A DNA stretch of 64,000 bases from Candidatus Woesearchaeota archaeon (GTDB lineage: Archaea; Nanobdellota; Nanobdellia; Pacearchaeales; GW2011-AR1): NCBI GenBank assembly GCA_964342415.1, contig CAYFFD010000002.1:125-64124 (forward strand), in the 5' to 3' direction. A program made the translations under genes and the position numbers. Below, piece after piece: positions 38,434 through 47,223 of this stretch (the first letter of the stretch is position 1; the number at the start of each line of letters is the position of its first letter). The notes beneath the pieces are model-generated. The model made no database searches, was not told the DNA's origin, and saw only the letters and a list, made by a program, of their open reading frames with translations.

Positions 38434-38661
38434 ATGGTATTCACTGGTTTGGAATTGCCTTTAGGCTTTTGGATTATAATTTCAATGCTTGCAATTTGGG
38501 AAGGAGTTTGGAAACTTATTGCAATGTGGAAAGCAGTGAAAAAAGATTCTGTTCCATGGTTTATTGTTTTAGCAATATTTAACACAGTTGGAATTTTACC
38601 AATTCTTTACATTTATGTTTTTTCTGAGATGAAAACTGGAAAGAGAAAAAGAAAGAAGTAG
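38434..38661 (+). CDS. small two-helix membrane protein (DUF5652-like)
   Basis: WKLIAMWKAVKKDSVPWFIVLAIFNTVGILPILY, two hydrophobic helices and a basic tail. Confidence 0.5.
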   Translation: MVFTGLELPLGFWIIISMLAIWEGVWKLIAMWKAVKKDSVPWFIVLAIFNTVGILPILYIYVFSEMKTGKRKRKK

Positions 38662-38680
38662 TTTTTTAATTTCTTAATTC

Positions 38681-39331
38681 TTAACACCCCAACTCTCCTT
38701 CAATTGGACATGTCTTTGATATTAAACCTTCTTTAATTTGTCCTGGTTCTGCTCCAGAAATAACATAATCTTCAACTTTTGTAGTGTTCCATTCATGAGG
38801 ATGATTCCATAATGTCCAGAAATATCTCCATTCATTCCATCCAACACCAAGCTCTTTTACATAAATGTCATTCTCTGCGAGCATTTTTCCAACTTTTCTT
38901 CCAGTCATGCAAGGTATGCTGTAGCAATAAACAATAATCTCTTTATCAGGATTTTTCTCTTCTAATTCTTTAAATGAACTGACGATTCTTTCAACCTCCC
39001 CATAGTCTGAATTGTCTTTGTCTTTGTATGCAGGAATACTTACTGCACCAACAATGTGTTCTTCTATATATTCTTCCTCACTTCTTACATCAACTAAAAT
39101 AAAACTTTCATCTCCTTTTGTCATTGCTTTTCTTAAACCATGAGGGCTAACGAGAACAGCTGTTTCAGTTAGATAAAATTCTTTTATACGTTCTTCATCT
39201 GATAAAACTTTTTCTTGAGGATCGTAAGTTTTTAAAACCAAAAAACTTCCCAAACTTCCAAATACAAATCCAAAAATTGCTGCAAAAATTATTAATACAT
39301 ATATTTTTTTCATTCTTGTTGTAGAGTACAT
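38681..39331 (-). CDS. membrane-anchored rhodanese-domain protein
   Basis: N-terminal anchor, FILVDVRSEEEYIEEHIVGAVSIP, and a candidate active-site loop CMTGRK. The start may be MKKIYV (nt 39313), giving a 4-nt overlap with the upstream gene. Confidence 0.7.
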   Translation of the reverse strand: MYSTTRMKKIYVLIIFAAIFGFVFGSLGSFLVLKTYDPQEKVLSDEERIKEFYLTETAVLVSPHGLRKAMTKGDESFILVDVRSEEEYIEEHIVGAVSIPAYKDKDNSDYGEVERIVSSFKELEEKNPDKEIIVYCYSIPCMTGRKVGKMLAENDIYVKELGVGWNEWRYFWTLWNHPHEWNTTKVEDYVISGAEPGQIKEGLISKTCPIEGELGC

Positions 39332-39684
39332 CCGCTTTTTTCACTTAGAGTTTCTAAAGGAATAAATCCTTCAATTCTTTCTTTATTACTGAATTCCCAT
39401 GTAGGATAACCACTTATTCCTGAATCTATACATTCTTTTGTTTGTCCTACGTTATTAGGAAGTGAACATTCTATGTAATTCACAAATTTAAAGGAATTTC
39501 CGAATGCTGTTTTTTGATCTTTACAATGAGGACACCAGTATGCTCCGTAAAATTTAATATCTTTTTCTGTTAAACATTTTGAGAAATCATCGTACTGGCC
39601 AGGAGAATCATCTTTTAAGAGGATGAATGTTCCCACTAAAATAATTACAACTATTATTCCATAGATTAAGATTTTATTCTTCAT
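39310..39684 (-). CDS. membrane-anchored thioredoxin-fold thiol:disulfide oxidoreductase
   Basis: N-terminal anchor, then FYGAYWCPHCKDQKTAFG, as in the Trx-like domains fused to bacterial VKOR homologues. Confidence 0.7.
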   Translation of the reverse strand: MKNKILIYGIIVVIILVGTFILLKDDSPGQYDDFSKCLTEKDIKFYGAYWCPHCKDQKTAFGNSFKFVNYIECSLPNNVGQTKECIDSGISGYPTWEFSNKERIEGFIPLETLSEKSGCTLQQE

Positions 39685-39715
39685 TAGAATATTAGGAGAA
39701 AGTTTTTATTTAAAA

Positions 39716-39917
39716 GGTTTGGTGAAACTAGTTTTGGGGGTTTGGGTTAAGTTATTGAAAAATTAATAAGGATTATATAGTCGGCTCAGGAACTTTTGCA
39801 TAAGCTGTAAGAAACACTGATCTTTCTTTATCCATTATAACTCCTCTTTTATTGTGTATTTAAAGATTATCATATTTAAAAAATTACCTCTTAAAATCCC
39901 CCTAACCTAAACCAAAC
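39716..39917. repeat. imperfect inverted repeat with G-run / C-run arms flanking ~140 bp of intergenic DNA
   Basis: The left arm is ggtttggtgaaactagttttgggggtttgggttaag (39716-39751). The right arm is cttaaaatccccctaacctaaaccaaac (39890-39917). The blocks ttaag/cttaa, ggggg/ccccc and gtttgg/ccaaac are complementary. Confidence 0.5.
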
Positions 39918-39921
39918 AAGA

Positions 39922-40218
39922 TTATTTTTTCTTCTTTGACATATTCTTCATTCCATGAATCAATCTAAGTTTATATCTACTTCCTAATTTTTTAATCTCT
40001 CTTTCTCTTTTCATAGCTATCTTTTTATCTTCATATGTTTCGTAATAAACAAGTCGAACGGACTTTTGTTTTCCAGTATAATGCTTCTTTTTTTCTTTCT
40101 TTACATTATTTATATGGGCCTTTAATCTCACACTCGGACTTTTAGAAGTATATCCACAATAATAAGTTATTTTTTCATCCTTATCTTTACATTCCAATAA
40201 ATAAACATAACATTTCAT
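39922..40218 (-). CDS. GIY-YIG nuclease-domain protein (UPF0213/YhbQ-like)
   Basis: CYVYLLECKD...YYCGYT...RLKAH...VRLVYYETYEDKKIAMKREREIKK. Confidence 0.75.
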   Translation of the reverse strand: MKCYVYLLECKDKDEKITYYCGYTSKSPSVRLKAHINNVKKEKKKHYTGKQKSVRLVYYETYEDKKIAMKREREIKKLGSRYKLRLIHGMKNMSKKKK

Positions 40219-40278
40219 TTTTTCTCACAAGAATTAATCAATTTTATATCTTTCTTTTTCCCATAGTATAACCTCGAA

Positions 40279-40349
40279 TGGGCGCGGAGGGAATCGAACC
40301 CCCAGCTGCCGGGCTGGAGCCAGCAATTTTACCATTAAACTACGCACCC
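40279..40349 (-). tRNA. tRNA-Trp (anticodon CCA), no intron
   Basis: Hand-folded. Acceptor gggtgcg/cgcgccc, D arm gttt/aaat, anticodon stem gctgg/ccggc with loop ctCCAgc. T arm ggggg-ttcgatt-ccctc, discriminator A. 71 nt. Confidence 0.9.
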
Positions 40350-40421
40350 TAAAATCTAAAGAAAAAATATGTTTTAATGCTTTTCTATAAGGTTTTTATA
40401 TTCTTTTTATTTGTAATTATT

Positions 40422-40805
40422 ATGAAAATCGTGCTTTTAGATACAAACTTTATTATAACATGTGTGAAACAGAAAATTGATTTTTTCGAAGATATAAAAT
40501 TTATGGGCATGAAAATTTTAATTCCAAAACAAGTTATAAATGAATTAAAAAGAATTGTAAATTCAAAGAAAAAATTGCACAATAGAGAAGATGCTGTTTT
40601 ATCATTAAAACTTTTGGAAAAAGAAAAAAAGTGTTTTAGAAAAATTGATTTAAGCAAATACGGAAAAAACACAGACAAAATGTTAAAAAACTTTGCTGAA
40701 AAAAATTCAGGAATTATCGTGGCAACTCTTGACAAAGAACTAAAGAAAAAAATCAAAAATCAAAAATTAGTAATTAGAGGGAAAAAGAAACTGGAGATTA
40801 TATGA
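40422..40805 (+). CDS. PIN-domain protein (Fcf1/Utp24-like)
   Basis: MKIVLLDTNFII ... ILIPKQVINELKRI ... IVATLDKELKKKI. The start is set at the MKIVLLD Met rather than 40377. Confidence 0.6.
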   Translation: MKIVLLDTNFIITCVKQKIDFFEDIKFMGMKILIPKQVINELKRIVNSKKKLHNREDAVLSLKLLEKEKKCFRKIDLSKYGKNTDKMLKNFAEKNSGIIVATLDKELKKKIKNQKLVIRGKKKLEII

Positions 40806-41244
40806 TACGGAAAACCTTAAATATATATTTAATGAACATTTTTCATGGTTAAAAAAAGTTTAGGAGACGAAAGAAATATTTTCTTTCCTGAAGATTTATA
40901 AAAAAGTAGATTTTTTGATCTCTTTGGATATATGTTTGAAGAAATGGGTGAAAAATACGATTTTGGGATAAAAAGTCCTGAAAGAAACCGAAAAAGAAAA
41001 AGTTCTCTCGAAGTAATAATGCATATCTATAAAAGAAGTGGAAAAACAAATATCTCTTTTGAGATTCCAAGAAGAGGTTTATTATGGGGGATAAAACTTA
41101 ATAGTCCAAACCCAAGAACCTTGAGTTACAAATTAGGGGTTTTTAGAGAAGTAAGAGAATGTGTAGAATCGTATTTTTCTGAATAACAACTCTGAAAACC
41201 TTTTTAAACCAATTTCTATTAATTTTTAAGAACGTTCTATTAAA

Positions 41245-41844
41245 ATGTTTTATTTAACAGAGATTGAGGATTATGTAAGGGTAGAGCCAAAGCTGTTTGG
41301 CTTGGCCACTATAGAGGCTGTTGAGCAGCAACTTAGAGAAATTTATACAGAATACTACGACAAGGAAATTGGGAAAGTCGTTTCAGTGATTGAGATTTTG
41401 GAAGTTGGTGAAGGGGTAATAATTCCTGGCGACGGAGCAGCGTACTACAATTCAAGATTCAAGTTGTTAACATGGAAACCTGAAATCAACGAGCTTGTCT
41501 ATGGAACAATTTCAGAAATAGCAAACTTCGGAGCATTCATGGAATTAGGAGTTATGAGAGGAATGATTCACATAAGTCAAACAATGGATGACTTTGTAAG
41601 TTTCAGCAAAACCAATTTGCTTGTTGGAAAGTCATCAAAAAGAAGTTTAAAAAAAGGTGACTTATGTTTAGCAAGAGTTGTTGCAATAAGCCATAAAGGT
41701 GAAAACCCAAAAATTGGATTGACAATGCGTCAACCAGGATTAGGAAAACTTGAATGGCTTAAAGAAGAGAAAGTGAAAAAAGAAAAGCAAGCGCAAAAAG
41801 AATTAAAGGTGGAATTAAAGGTTGTAAAAGGAAAGAAAAAATAA
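41245..41844 (+). CDS. rpoE: DNA-directed RNA polymerase subunit E' (Rpb7-like, S1 domain)
   Basis: N-terminal MFYLTEIEDYVRVEPKLFG, then an S1-like GTISEIANFGAFMELG. It is followed by spt4, as in the conserved archaeal cluster. Confidence 0.85.
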   Translation: MFYLTEIEDYVRVEPKLFGLATIEAVEQQLREIYTEYYDKEIGKVVSVIEILEVGEGVIIPGDGAAYYNSRFKLLTWKPEINELVYGTISEIANFGAFMELGVMRGMIHISQTMDDFVSFSKTNLLVGKSSKRSLKKGDLCLARVVAISHKGENPKIGLTMRQPGLGKLEWLKEEKVKKEKQAQKELKVELKVVKGKKK

Positions 41845-41845
41845 A

Positions 41846-42034
41846 ATGGCAAAACAAAAAGCGTGTAAAATTTGCAAGAGAATTTATGAAGGTGATAAGT
41901 GTATTAGTTGTGACTTCAAAGAATCAACAGAAAGTTTTAAGGGAAGAATTGTTATTGTAAATCCTGAAAAATCAGAAGTTGCTCAAAAATTAAACATAAA
42001 AGAAAAGGGAAATTTTGCAATTAAAGTGAGATAA
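41846..42034 (+). CDS. spt4: transcription elongation factor Spt4 (RpoE'')
   Basis: 62 aa with zinc-ribbon CKICKRIYEGDKCISC. It starts 1 nt after rpoE'. Confidence 0.8.
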   Translation: MAKQKACKICKRIYEGDKCISCDFKESTESFKGRIVIVNPEKSEVAQKLNIKEKGNFAIKVR

Positions 42035-42042
42035 TTCTAAAA

Positions 42043-42429
42043 ATGGAAAATTTTAAGTTAATAGAAGAAAAAGAAAATCCTTTGTTTAACAGGAAAGAGA
42101 TTGTGTTTGAATTAAATGCAAAGGTAACTCCAAGCCGTGAAGAAGTTGGAAAATTAATTTTAGAAAAGTTCTCAACCCAAATTGAGAATGTAAAAATAAA
42201 AAAAATTCATGGAACGTTTGGTTCAAATAATTTTAATGTTGTTACATTTATTTACAAATCAGAACAGGACAAAAATAATGTAGAGCGAAAGAGAAAAAAA
42301 GATGATTTGATAAAACCAAAAGAAGTTGTTGAAGAAAAAACAGAAGAAAAAGTTGAAGAAGTTAAAAGTAGTGAAGAGAATGTTAAACAAGAAAATAAAG
42401 AATCATCAAGTGAGGTAGATTCTAAATAA
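42043..42429 (+). CDS. rps24e: ribosomal protein S24e (eS24) with acidic/Lys-rich C-terminal extension
   Basis: [28 protein letters not shown]. Confidence 0.8.
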   Translation: MENFKLIEEKENPLFNRKEIVFELNAKVTPSREEVGKLILEKFSTQIENVKIKKIHGTFGSNNFNVVTFIYKSEQDKNNVERKRKKDDLIKPKEVVEEKTEEKVEEVKSSEENVKQENKESSSEVDSK

Positions 42430-42433
42430 TAAA

Positions 42434-42676
42434 ATGGCAAAGAAAAGTTCGAAGGGAATAAAAAAAGGAAAAAAGCCACATAAGAATAAGCCCACAAGCA
42501 AGAAATATTTAAAATATAAAATTGAAGGGGGAAAAATTACAAGAGAAAGGTTTTGTCCAAGATGTGGTCCAGGAGTTTTTTTAATGAATTCAAACAATAG
42601 ATTTTATTGTGGTAAATGCCATTATTCAGAGTTTGGGTCAAAGAATAAAGAAATTGTTCAAGAAGTTAAAGCTTAA
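42434..42676 (+). CDS. rps27ae: ribosomal protein S27ae (eS31)
   Basis: [24 protein letters not shown] zinc ribbon after a basic N-terminus. Confidence 0.85.
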   Translation: MAKKSSKGIKKGKKPHKNKPTSKKYLKYKIEGGKITRERFCPRCGPGVFLMNSNNRFYCGKCHYSEFGSKNKEIVQEVKA

Positions 42677-42699
42677 TAATTACTCTTCTCTCTTTTTTG

Positions 42700-42975
42700 T
42701 CAACACAACCAATTTGTTTGGCATTTTTTTCCATCCCCAGAAAATACCTGATCACCAATAAAAACATAATTTCTTTTTTCTAATTTAGATCTATAAGCAC
42801 GAGTTTCTTCTTTATCATCATTAGGCACAATTGCTCTAAGTCTAAAACCATCATCCCATAATTCCTGGTAAGCTTCCCTTAATTTTCTTCCACTTTCAGT
42901 CTCTGTATATGGGTGTGTCCCAATAGATTCAGCAACTATTGTTTTTCTTGTTACTTCATTCATTTTCTTCTTCAA
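42700..42975 (-). CDS. hypothetical protein
   Basis: 91-aa ORF. No motif recognised. Confidence 0.4.
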   Translation of the reverse strand: MKKKMNEVTRKTIVAESIGTHPYTETESGRKLREAYQELWDDGFRLRAIVPNDDKEETRAYRSKLEKRNYVFIGDQVFSGDGKKCQTNWLC

Positions 42976-43025
42976 TTAGTTAGCTTTATAAATTTTATTG
43001 TGTAGTTATTTTAATATAATCATAA

Positions 43026-43077
43026 CCCTAGGAGATCTTCAAATCAAAAAAGTAGATGACTTGAAGGCTCTCCTGGG
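43026..43077. other. imperfect ~18-bp hairpin in divergent intergenic region
   Basis: ccctaggagatcttcaaatca ... tgacttgaaggctctcctggg. The paired blocks ccc/ggg, aggaga/tctcct, ttcaa/ttgaa and tca/tga surround the loop aaaaagtaga. Confidence 0.4.
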
Positions 43078-43247
43078 AAAAAGAGGTGATAAAGAATACA
43101 ACCCCTTAAAGTATATAAGTCTTTCGGTTTGTTACCCTTGAATAATGACAGGATGTAATCCGTATTTAGTAGTAATTTATTTATTTGTATTTTTAGGCAC
43201 TACATTACAACTAAATAATTTATAAAATACAATTCCCCATAGTTAAT

Positions 43248-44042
43248 ATGGAAAAAGAGGGAAAAAACACTAAAGAGGTAAAACAAGAGCAAATTCATGA
43301 CTTGCTTTTTAGCAGAGAAATTGGCTGGCAAGAAATTATTTATGATTTGATTAACACAGAGCAATTAAATCCATGGGACATTAATATAACTACCCTTACA
43401 GAAAAATACTTAGAAAAAATTGAAAAACTTGAAGAAGAAAATTATTTTGTTTCAAGCAAAGTTCTCCTGGCTGCTGCGCTTTTGCTAAGAATTAAATCAG
43501 AGATTTTGTTAAACCAATATATAAAAAGCATAGATGAAATTCTTTTTGGAAAAAAAGAAGAAGTCAAGAGAAAATTTGAAAGGATAGAGCTTGATGAAGA
43601 AATTCCTGAATTGATTCCAAGAAGTCCTCTTCCAAGATTGAAAAAAGTCACATTGAAAGAATTAGTTGATTCATTGAACAAAGCAATAATCACAGAAGGG
43701 AGGCGAATTAAAAAAGAAATAGTGAACAAAGACGCTGTTCGCGAGATCTCTATATCTCTGCCAAAAAAAAGATATGTTATTAATGACAAGATAAAAGACC
43801 TCTATAAAAAATTAATTGAACATTTTCAGGAAAATAAAGAAGAGAAAAAGATTTCTTTTAAGAAAATTGCGAACGAAAATAAAGATGAAAAAATAATTTC
43901 ATTTCATTCCTTACTTCACTTAGAACATCAGGAAAAAATTTGGCTTGAACAAGATGAACATTTTGGAGATATTTATATTTGGCTAAAGAAAACTTACCTT
44001 CAAGATAATCCTAATCCTCTTTCTGATTTGATGGAAGAATAA
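43248..44042 (+). CDS. scpA: segregation and condensation protein A (ScpA kleisin)-like
   Basis: LLFSREIGWQEIIYDLINTEQLNPWDINITTLTEKYLEKI ... VSSKVLLAAALLLRIKSEIL. Confidence 0.65.
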   Translation: MEKEGKNTKEVKQEQIHDLLFSREIGWQEIIYDLINTEQLNPWDINITTLTEKYLEKIEKLEEENYFVSSKVLLAAALLLRIKSEILLNQYIKSIDEILFGKKEEVKRKFERIELDEEIPELIPRSPLPRLKKVTLKELVDSLNKAIITEGRRIKKEIVNKDAVREISISLPKKRYVINDKIKDLYKKLIEHFQENKEEKKISFKKIANENKDEKIISFHSLLHLEHQEKIWLEQDEHFGDIYIWLKKTYLQDNPNPLSDLMEE

Positions 44043-44091
44043 TACTATACTAAATAATATTCTTTTAAAGTTTAATTAATAGTTATAGAAT

Positions 44092-44397
44092 ATGTTAGAT
44101 GGTTTAGTAATAGAAGAAATGAAAAGTAAAAATGATACACTTGAAGATATCATACTCTTAAAATTAGATATAAAAGATATGGAAGAGAAAGGAATTCCTC
44201 AAAAAGGAGATCCAAACTATGAATTCTATGTTCAAATAAAGAATAGATTGGAAGCCTTAGAAACAGCATATGAACATCAGAAGTCTACATCAGCAAGAGT
44301 TCGAGAGATTTATGGAGTTCAACCAACCAAACTCTTAACAAAATATCCTACTGAAAATGCCAGTACAGCCGCAATTCCACCAATAAACATTGTCTGA
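44092..44397 (+). CDS. hypothetical protein (doubtful)
   Basis: 101-aa ORF. Its last 79 nt are antisense to the well-supported VIT1 gene. No motif recognised. Confidence 0.3.
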   Translation: MLDGLVIEEMKSKNDTLEDIILLKLDIKDMEEKGIPQKGDPNYEFYVQIKNRLEALETAYEHQKSTSARVREIYGVQPTKLLTKYPTENASTAAIPPINIV

Positions 44398-44855
44398 ATC
44401 GAGGATTTTAATTCATTTTTTTCAGAAACCTTTCCTTTAAACCATCCAACAATTCCTAAAGCAGCAAGTGTTAAAACAGCAGAATAAATAAACTGATTTC
44501 TTAAAATGCTTTCAGTTCCACTAACTGCTGCAGCTACAAATGAAAAAAGTGGAATAAATCCTATGACAAAAAATGAAACAAAAGTTACTGACGCGGTTTT
44601 CATTGGATTTATCTTTGGACTTTTCACTTTTTTCTGCAAATCATTTCTAGATTTCGTGGAAAGATAATTTGAAACAGCCATAGAAAATCCATCGGCAAAC
44701 AAATTCGCAAATCCAAGAATCAAGACTATCGACGAACTTAACGAAGCTCCAAGAACTCCTGAAACAATGGCAAAAGTTGTTATCGCCCCGTCTGTTCCGC
44801 CATAAACAAATTCTGGCAAATATTTATATTGAAAACCACGAAAACCTCTTTTCAT
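44319..44855 (-). CDS. VIT1/CCC1-family iron/manganese transporter
   Basis: GGTDGAITTFAIVSGVLGA and five hydrophobic helices. Confidence 0.8.
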   Translation of the reverse strand: MKRGFRGFQYKYLPEFVYGGTDGAITTFAIVSGVLGASLSSSIVLILGFANLFADGFSMAVSNYLSTKSRNDLQKKVKSPKINPMKTASVTFVSFFVIGFIPLFSFVAAAVSGTESILRNQFIYSAVLTLAALGIVGWFKGKVSEKNELKSSIQTMFIGGIAAVLAFSVGYFVKSLVG

Positions 44856-44905
44856 TTTTAGATTAAAATAAGAATGTATTTAAATTTATTCTGTTTAAAA
44901 ATCAC

Positions 44906-45322
44906 TTATCTACTTAAAGCTTCATCTAATTCACAATAATATCTACAATAACTTATAAAAGTCGGTTGATGTGTTTTTTTTGTAAAATGAAAACCCCTTT
45001 CACCTATATTTCCTTCATCTAAAAGATGGTGGCCTGGATTTTGGTCTCTTAATTTAAGATATTTAGTAGATACCATAGATCTAATTTCGGTTGCTGAATC
45101 CTCACTATTTGGTATTGCATTACCTAAATCAACAGCATAACTTATTAATGCATTAACCCAATCCCTATCACTAAGATATCTATCATAAAATTCTGGTATG
45201 AATCCAATTCCCCCATCTTCATCTAATACAGCTAACTTCAACAAGCCATTATCTGGATCAGCTTCATTTAAAAGAGAATATTGGTCAGTTACTGTCTTTA
45301 ATTCCTCATCTAAATTTAACAT
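44906..45322 (-). CDS. hypothetical protein
   Basis: 138-aa ORF with coding-like composition. No motif recognised. Confidence 0.45.
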   Translation of the reverse strand: MLNLDEELKTVTDQYSLLNEADPDNGLLKLAVLDEDGGIGFIPEFYDRYLSDRDWVNALISYAVDLGNAIPNSEDSATEIRSMVSTKYLKLRDQNPGHHLLDEGNIGERGFHFTKKTHQPTFISYCRYYCELDEALSR

Positions 45323-45379
45323 TTTATTTGATGGTAAGTTTATTTTAAAAAAGTTTATATAATAAAAAAGAATATTTCA

Positions 45380-46051
45380 ATGATGAAACTCGCAGTTCTT
45401 TTTTCAGGGGGAAAAGATTCAACAATGGCTGCTTATTTAACAAAGAAGCAAGGACATGAATTAACTTGTTTGATTTCAATTATTTCTGAAAACAAAGAGA
45501 GTTATATGTTTCATACTCCAAGCATCTCCAAAACTAAATTTCAAGCAAGTGTAATGGATATTCCATTAATTATTAGAAAGAGTAAGGGGAAAAAGGAAGA
45601 AGAATTAAAGGATTTAGAGAATGTGATAAAACTTGCAAAAGAGAAATATAAAATTCAAGGCATAACAACAGGGGCTCTCCATTCAGACTATCAAGCTACT
45701 AGAATTCAAAGGATCTGTGACAATCTTGGATTAGAATGCTTCAACCCTTTATGGCACAAAAAAGAGTTTGAGTATCTTGAAGAATTAATAAAAAACAAAT
45801 TCAAGGTTATAATAACAGGCGTTTCCGCATATCCTCTAGACGAAAAATGGCTTGGAAGAGAAATTAACAAAGAATTTATTCAAGATGCTAAAAAACTCCA
45901 TGAAAAATACAAAATCCATCCTGCTGGAGAAGGAGGAGAATTTGAAACATTTGTTCTTGATTGCCCATTGTTCAAAAAGCCATTAAAGATTATTGATTCA
46001 AAAATCTTTGGAGAAAAAAATTCTTGGAGTATGGAAATTGAAGTAGAATAA
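45380..46051 (+). CDS. dph6: diphthine-ammonia ligase (Dph6/MJ0570-type ATP pyrophosphatase)
   Basis: MKLAVLFSGGKDS PP-loop and C-terminal GEGGEFETFVLD. Confidence 0.8.
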   Translation: MMKLAVLFSGGKDSTMAAYLTKKQGHELTCLISIISENKESYMFHTPSISKTKFQASVMDIPLIIRKSKGKKEEELKDLENVIKLAKEKYKIQGITTGALHSDYQATRIQRICDNLGLECFNPLWHKKEFEYLEELIKNKFKVIITGVSAYPLDEKWLGREINKEFIQDAKKLHEKYKIHPAGEGGEFETFVLDCPLFKKPLKIIDSKIFGEKNSWSMEIEVE

Positions 46052-46068
46052 TCATTTCTAAATCTTAA

Positions 46069-47199
46069 TTACCTAATACTCTTATATTCTTTTTCTGCTC
46101 CAATTTTAGAAAAAACAATTTGCCAAAGATGAAGATTTCTTGCTCTAAACGCTCCAGCAGAACTTAATAAATAATACTTCCACATTCTATAAAATCTCTC
46201 ATCATAATTTCCCAATTTTTTTATTTCTTCCCAATTCTTATTAAAATTATTATACCATGCCATTAAAGTTTTATCATAATCTTTTCCAAAATTATGCCAA
46301 TCTTCCATAATAAATAATCCTTCATATGAATCAACTATCTGGCTTGCAGAAGGAATTTGTCCATTGGGAAAAATATATTTAGTTATCCAAGGATCTGTTA
46401 CGTTTTTAGATAAATTTCCTCCAATAGTATGTAATAAAAACAAACCATCATCTTTCAAACATTTATCAGCAACTTTCATAAAAGTTCTGTAATTTTTAGA
46501 ACCAACATGTTCGAACATTCCTATGGAAATAATTGCATCAAATTTTTCATTTTGCTTAACAAGATCTCTGTAATCTTTAAGCCTTATTTCAACACCCAGT
46601 CCTTTGCAAAGCTCGCGGGCTAGTTTTGCTTGTTCTTTTGAAATGGTAATTCCTACAACTTTTACTTTGTAATTTTCTGCGGCGTATTTTGCAAAACTTC
46701 CCCAACCACAACCAATATCTAAAATTTTCATTCCTGGTTTTAATCCAACTTTTCTACAAATTAAATCCAACTTTGCAACTTGAGCTTGATCTAAATCTTT
46801 AGTATTCCTCCAATAACCACAACTATAATTCATTTTTTTGTCAAGCATTCTTTTGTACAATTCATTTCCAGCATCATAATGCTTTTTACCTACTTCATAA
46901 GCTCTTGATTTTTTCTGTAAATTGATTATCTTTGCTTTAATTAAAGAAGGAATAAAATATTTCATACCTCTTACTTTTTCATTTAATCTTGATTTTAGAA
47001 TTTTGTAAAAGAATTCATCTAATTTTCCGCAATCCCAAGAGCCATCCATATAGCTCTCGCCTAAAGCCAAAGAGCCTCCTGACAAAACCCTTGAATAAAA
47101 TCCTGAATTTTTGACTTGAATATCCCAAGGATTATCCCCATTTATTTTAATGTCTGCCAAAGACAAAATTTCCTGAGCTTTTTGTTTTAAGTTTAACAT
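46069..47199 (-). CDS. cfa: cyclopropane-fatty-acyl-phospholipid synthase family SAM methyltransferase
   Basis: ILDIGCGWGSFAKYAAE SAM motif and C-terminal FYRMWKYYLLSSAGAFRARNLHLWQIVF. Length is as for E. coli Cfa. Confidence 0.85.
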   Translation of the reverse strand: MLNLKQKAQEILSLADIKINGDNPWDIQVKNSGFYSRVLSGGSLALGESYMDGSWDCGKLDEFFYKILKSRLNEKVRGMKYFIPSLIKAKIINLQKKSRAYEVGKKHYDAGNELYKRMLDKKMNYSCGYWRNTKDLDQAQVAKLDLICRKVGLKPGMKILDIGCGWGSFAKYAAENYKVKVVGITISKEQAKLARELCKGLGVEIRLKDYRDLVKQNEKFDAIISIGMFEHVGSKNYRTFMKVADKCLKDDGLFLLHTIGGNLSKNVTDPWITKYIFPNGQIPSASQIVDSYEGLFIMEDWHNFGKDYDKTLMAWYNNFNKNWEEIKKLGNYDERFYRMWKYYLLSSAGAFRARNLHLWQIVFSKIGAEKEYKSIR

Positions 47200-47223
47200 T
47201 AATAATAAAAAAATAAACTTCTT

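Noticed and set aside
39731-39748. The telomere-like TTTTGGGGGTTTGGG string.
   Set aside because: It is a single occurrence, internal to the contig, and paired with a C-rich complement 150 bp away. It is more simply part of an inverted repeat.
39922-40805. An integrated mobile element at tRNA-Trp (GIY-YIG and PIN genes flanking the tRNA).
   Set aside because: There is no integrase, no direct repeat of the tRNA 3' end and no other element genes. Both proteins belong to widespread housekeeping-type families (YhbQ-like, Fcf1-like).
40849-41186. ORFs 40849-41070 (-) and 40932-41186 (+) in the gap between the PIN gene and rpoE'.
   Set aside because: They mutually overlap, have low-complexity or basic composition and show no motifs. 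The plus-strand 84-aa ORF could be real, but I cannot support it.
44319-44397. The 79-nt convergent overlap between the 101-aa ORF and the VIT1 gene as a possible antisense regulatory arrangement.
   Set aside because: The VIT1 C-terminus is well supported, while the 101-aa ORF has no independent support. The overlap more likely reflects a spurious or over-extended ORF.
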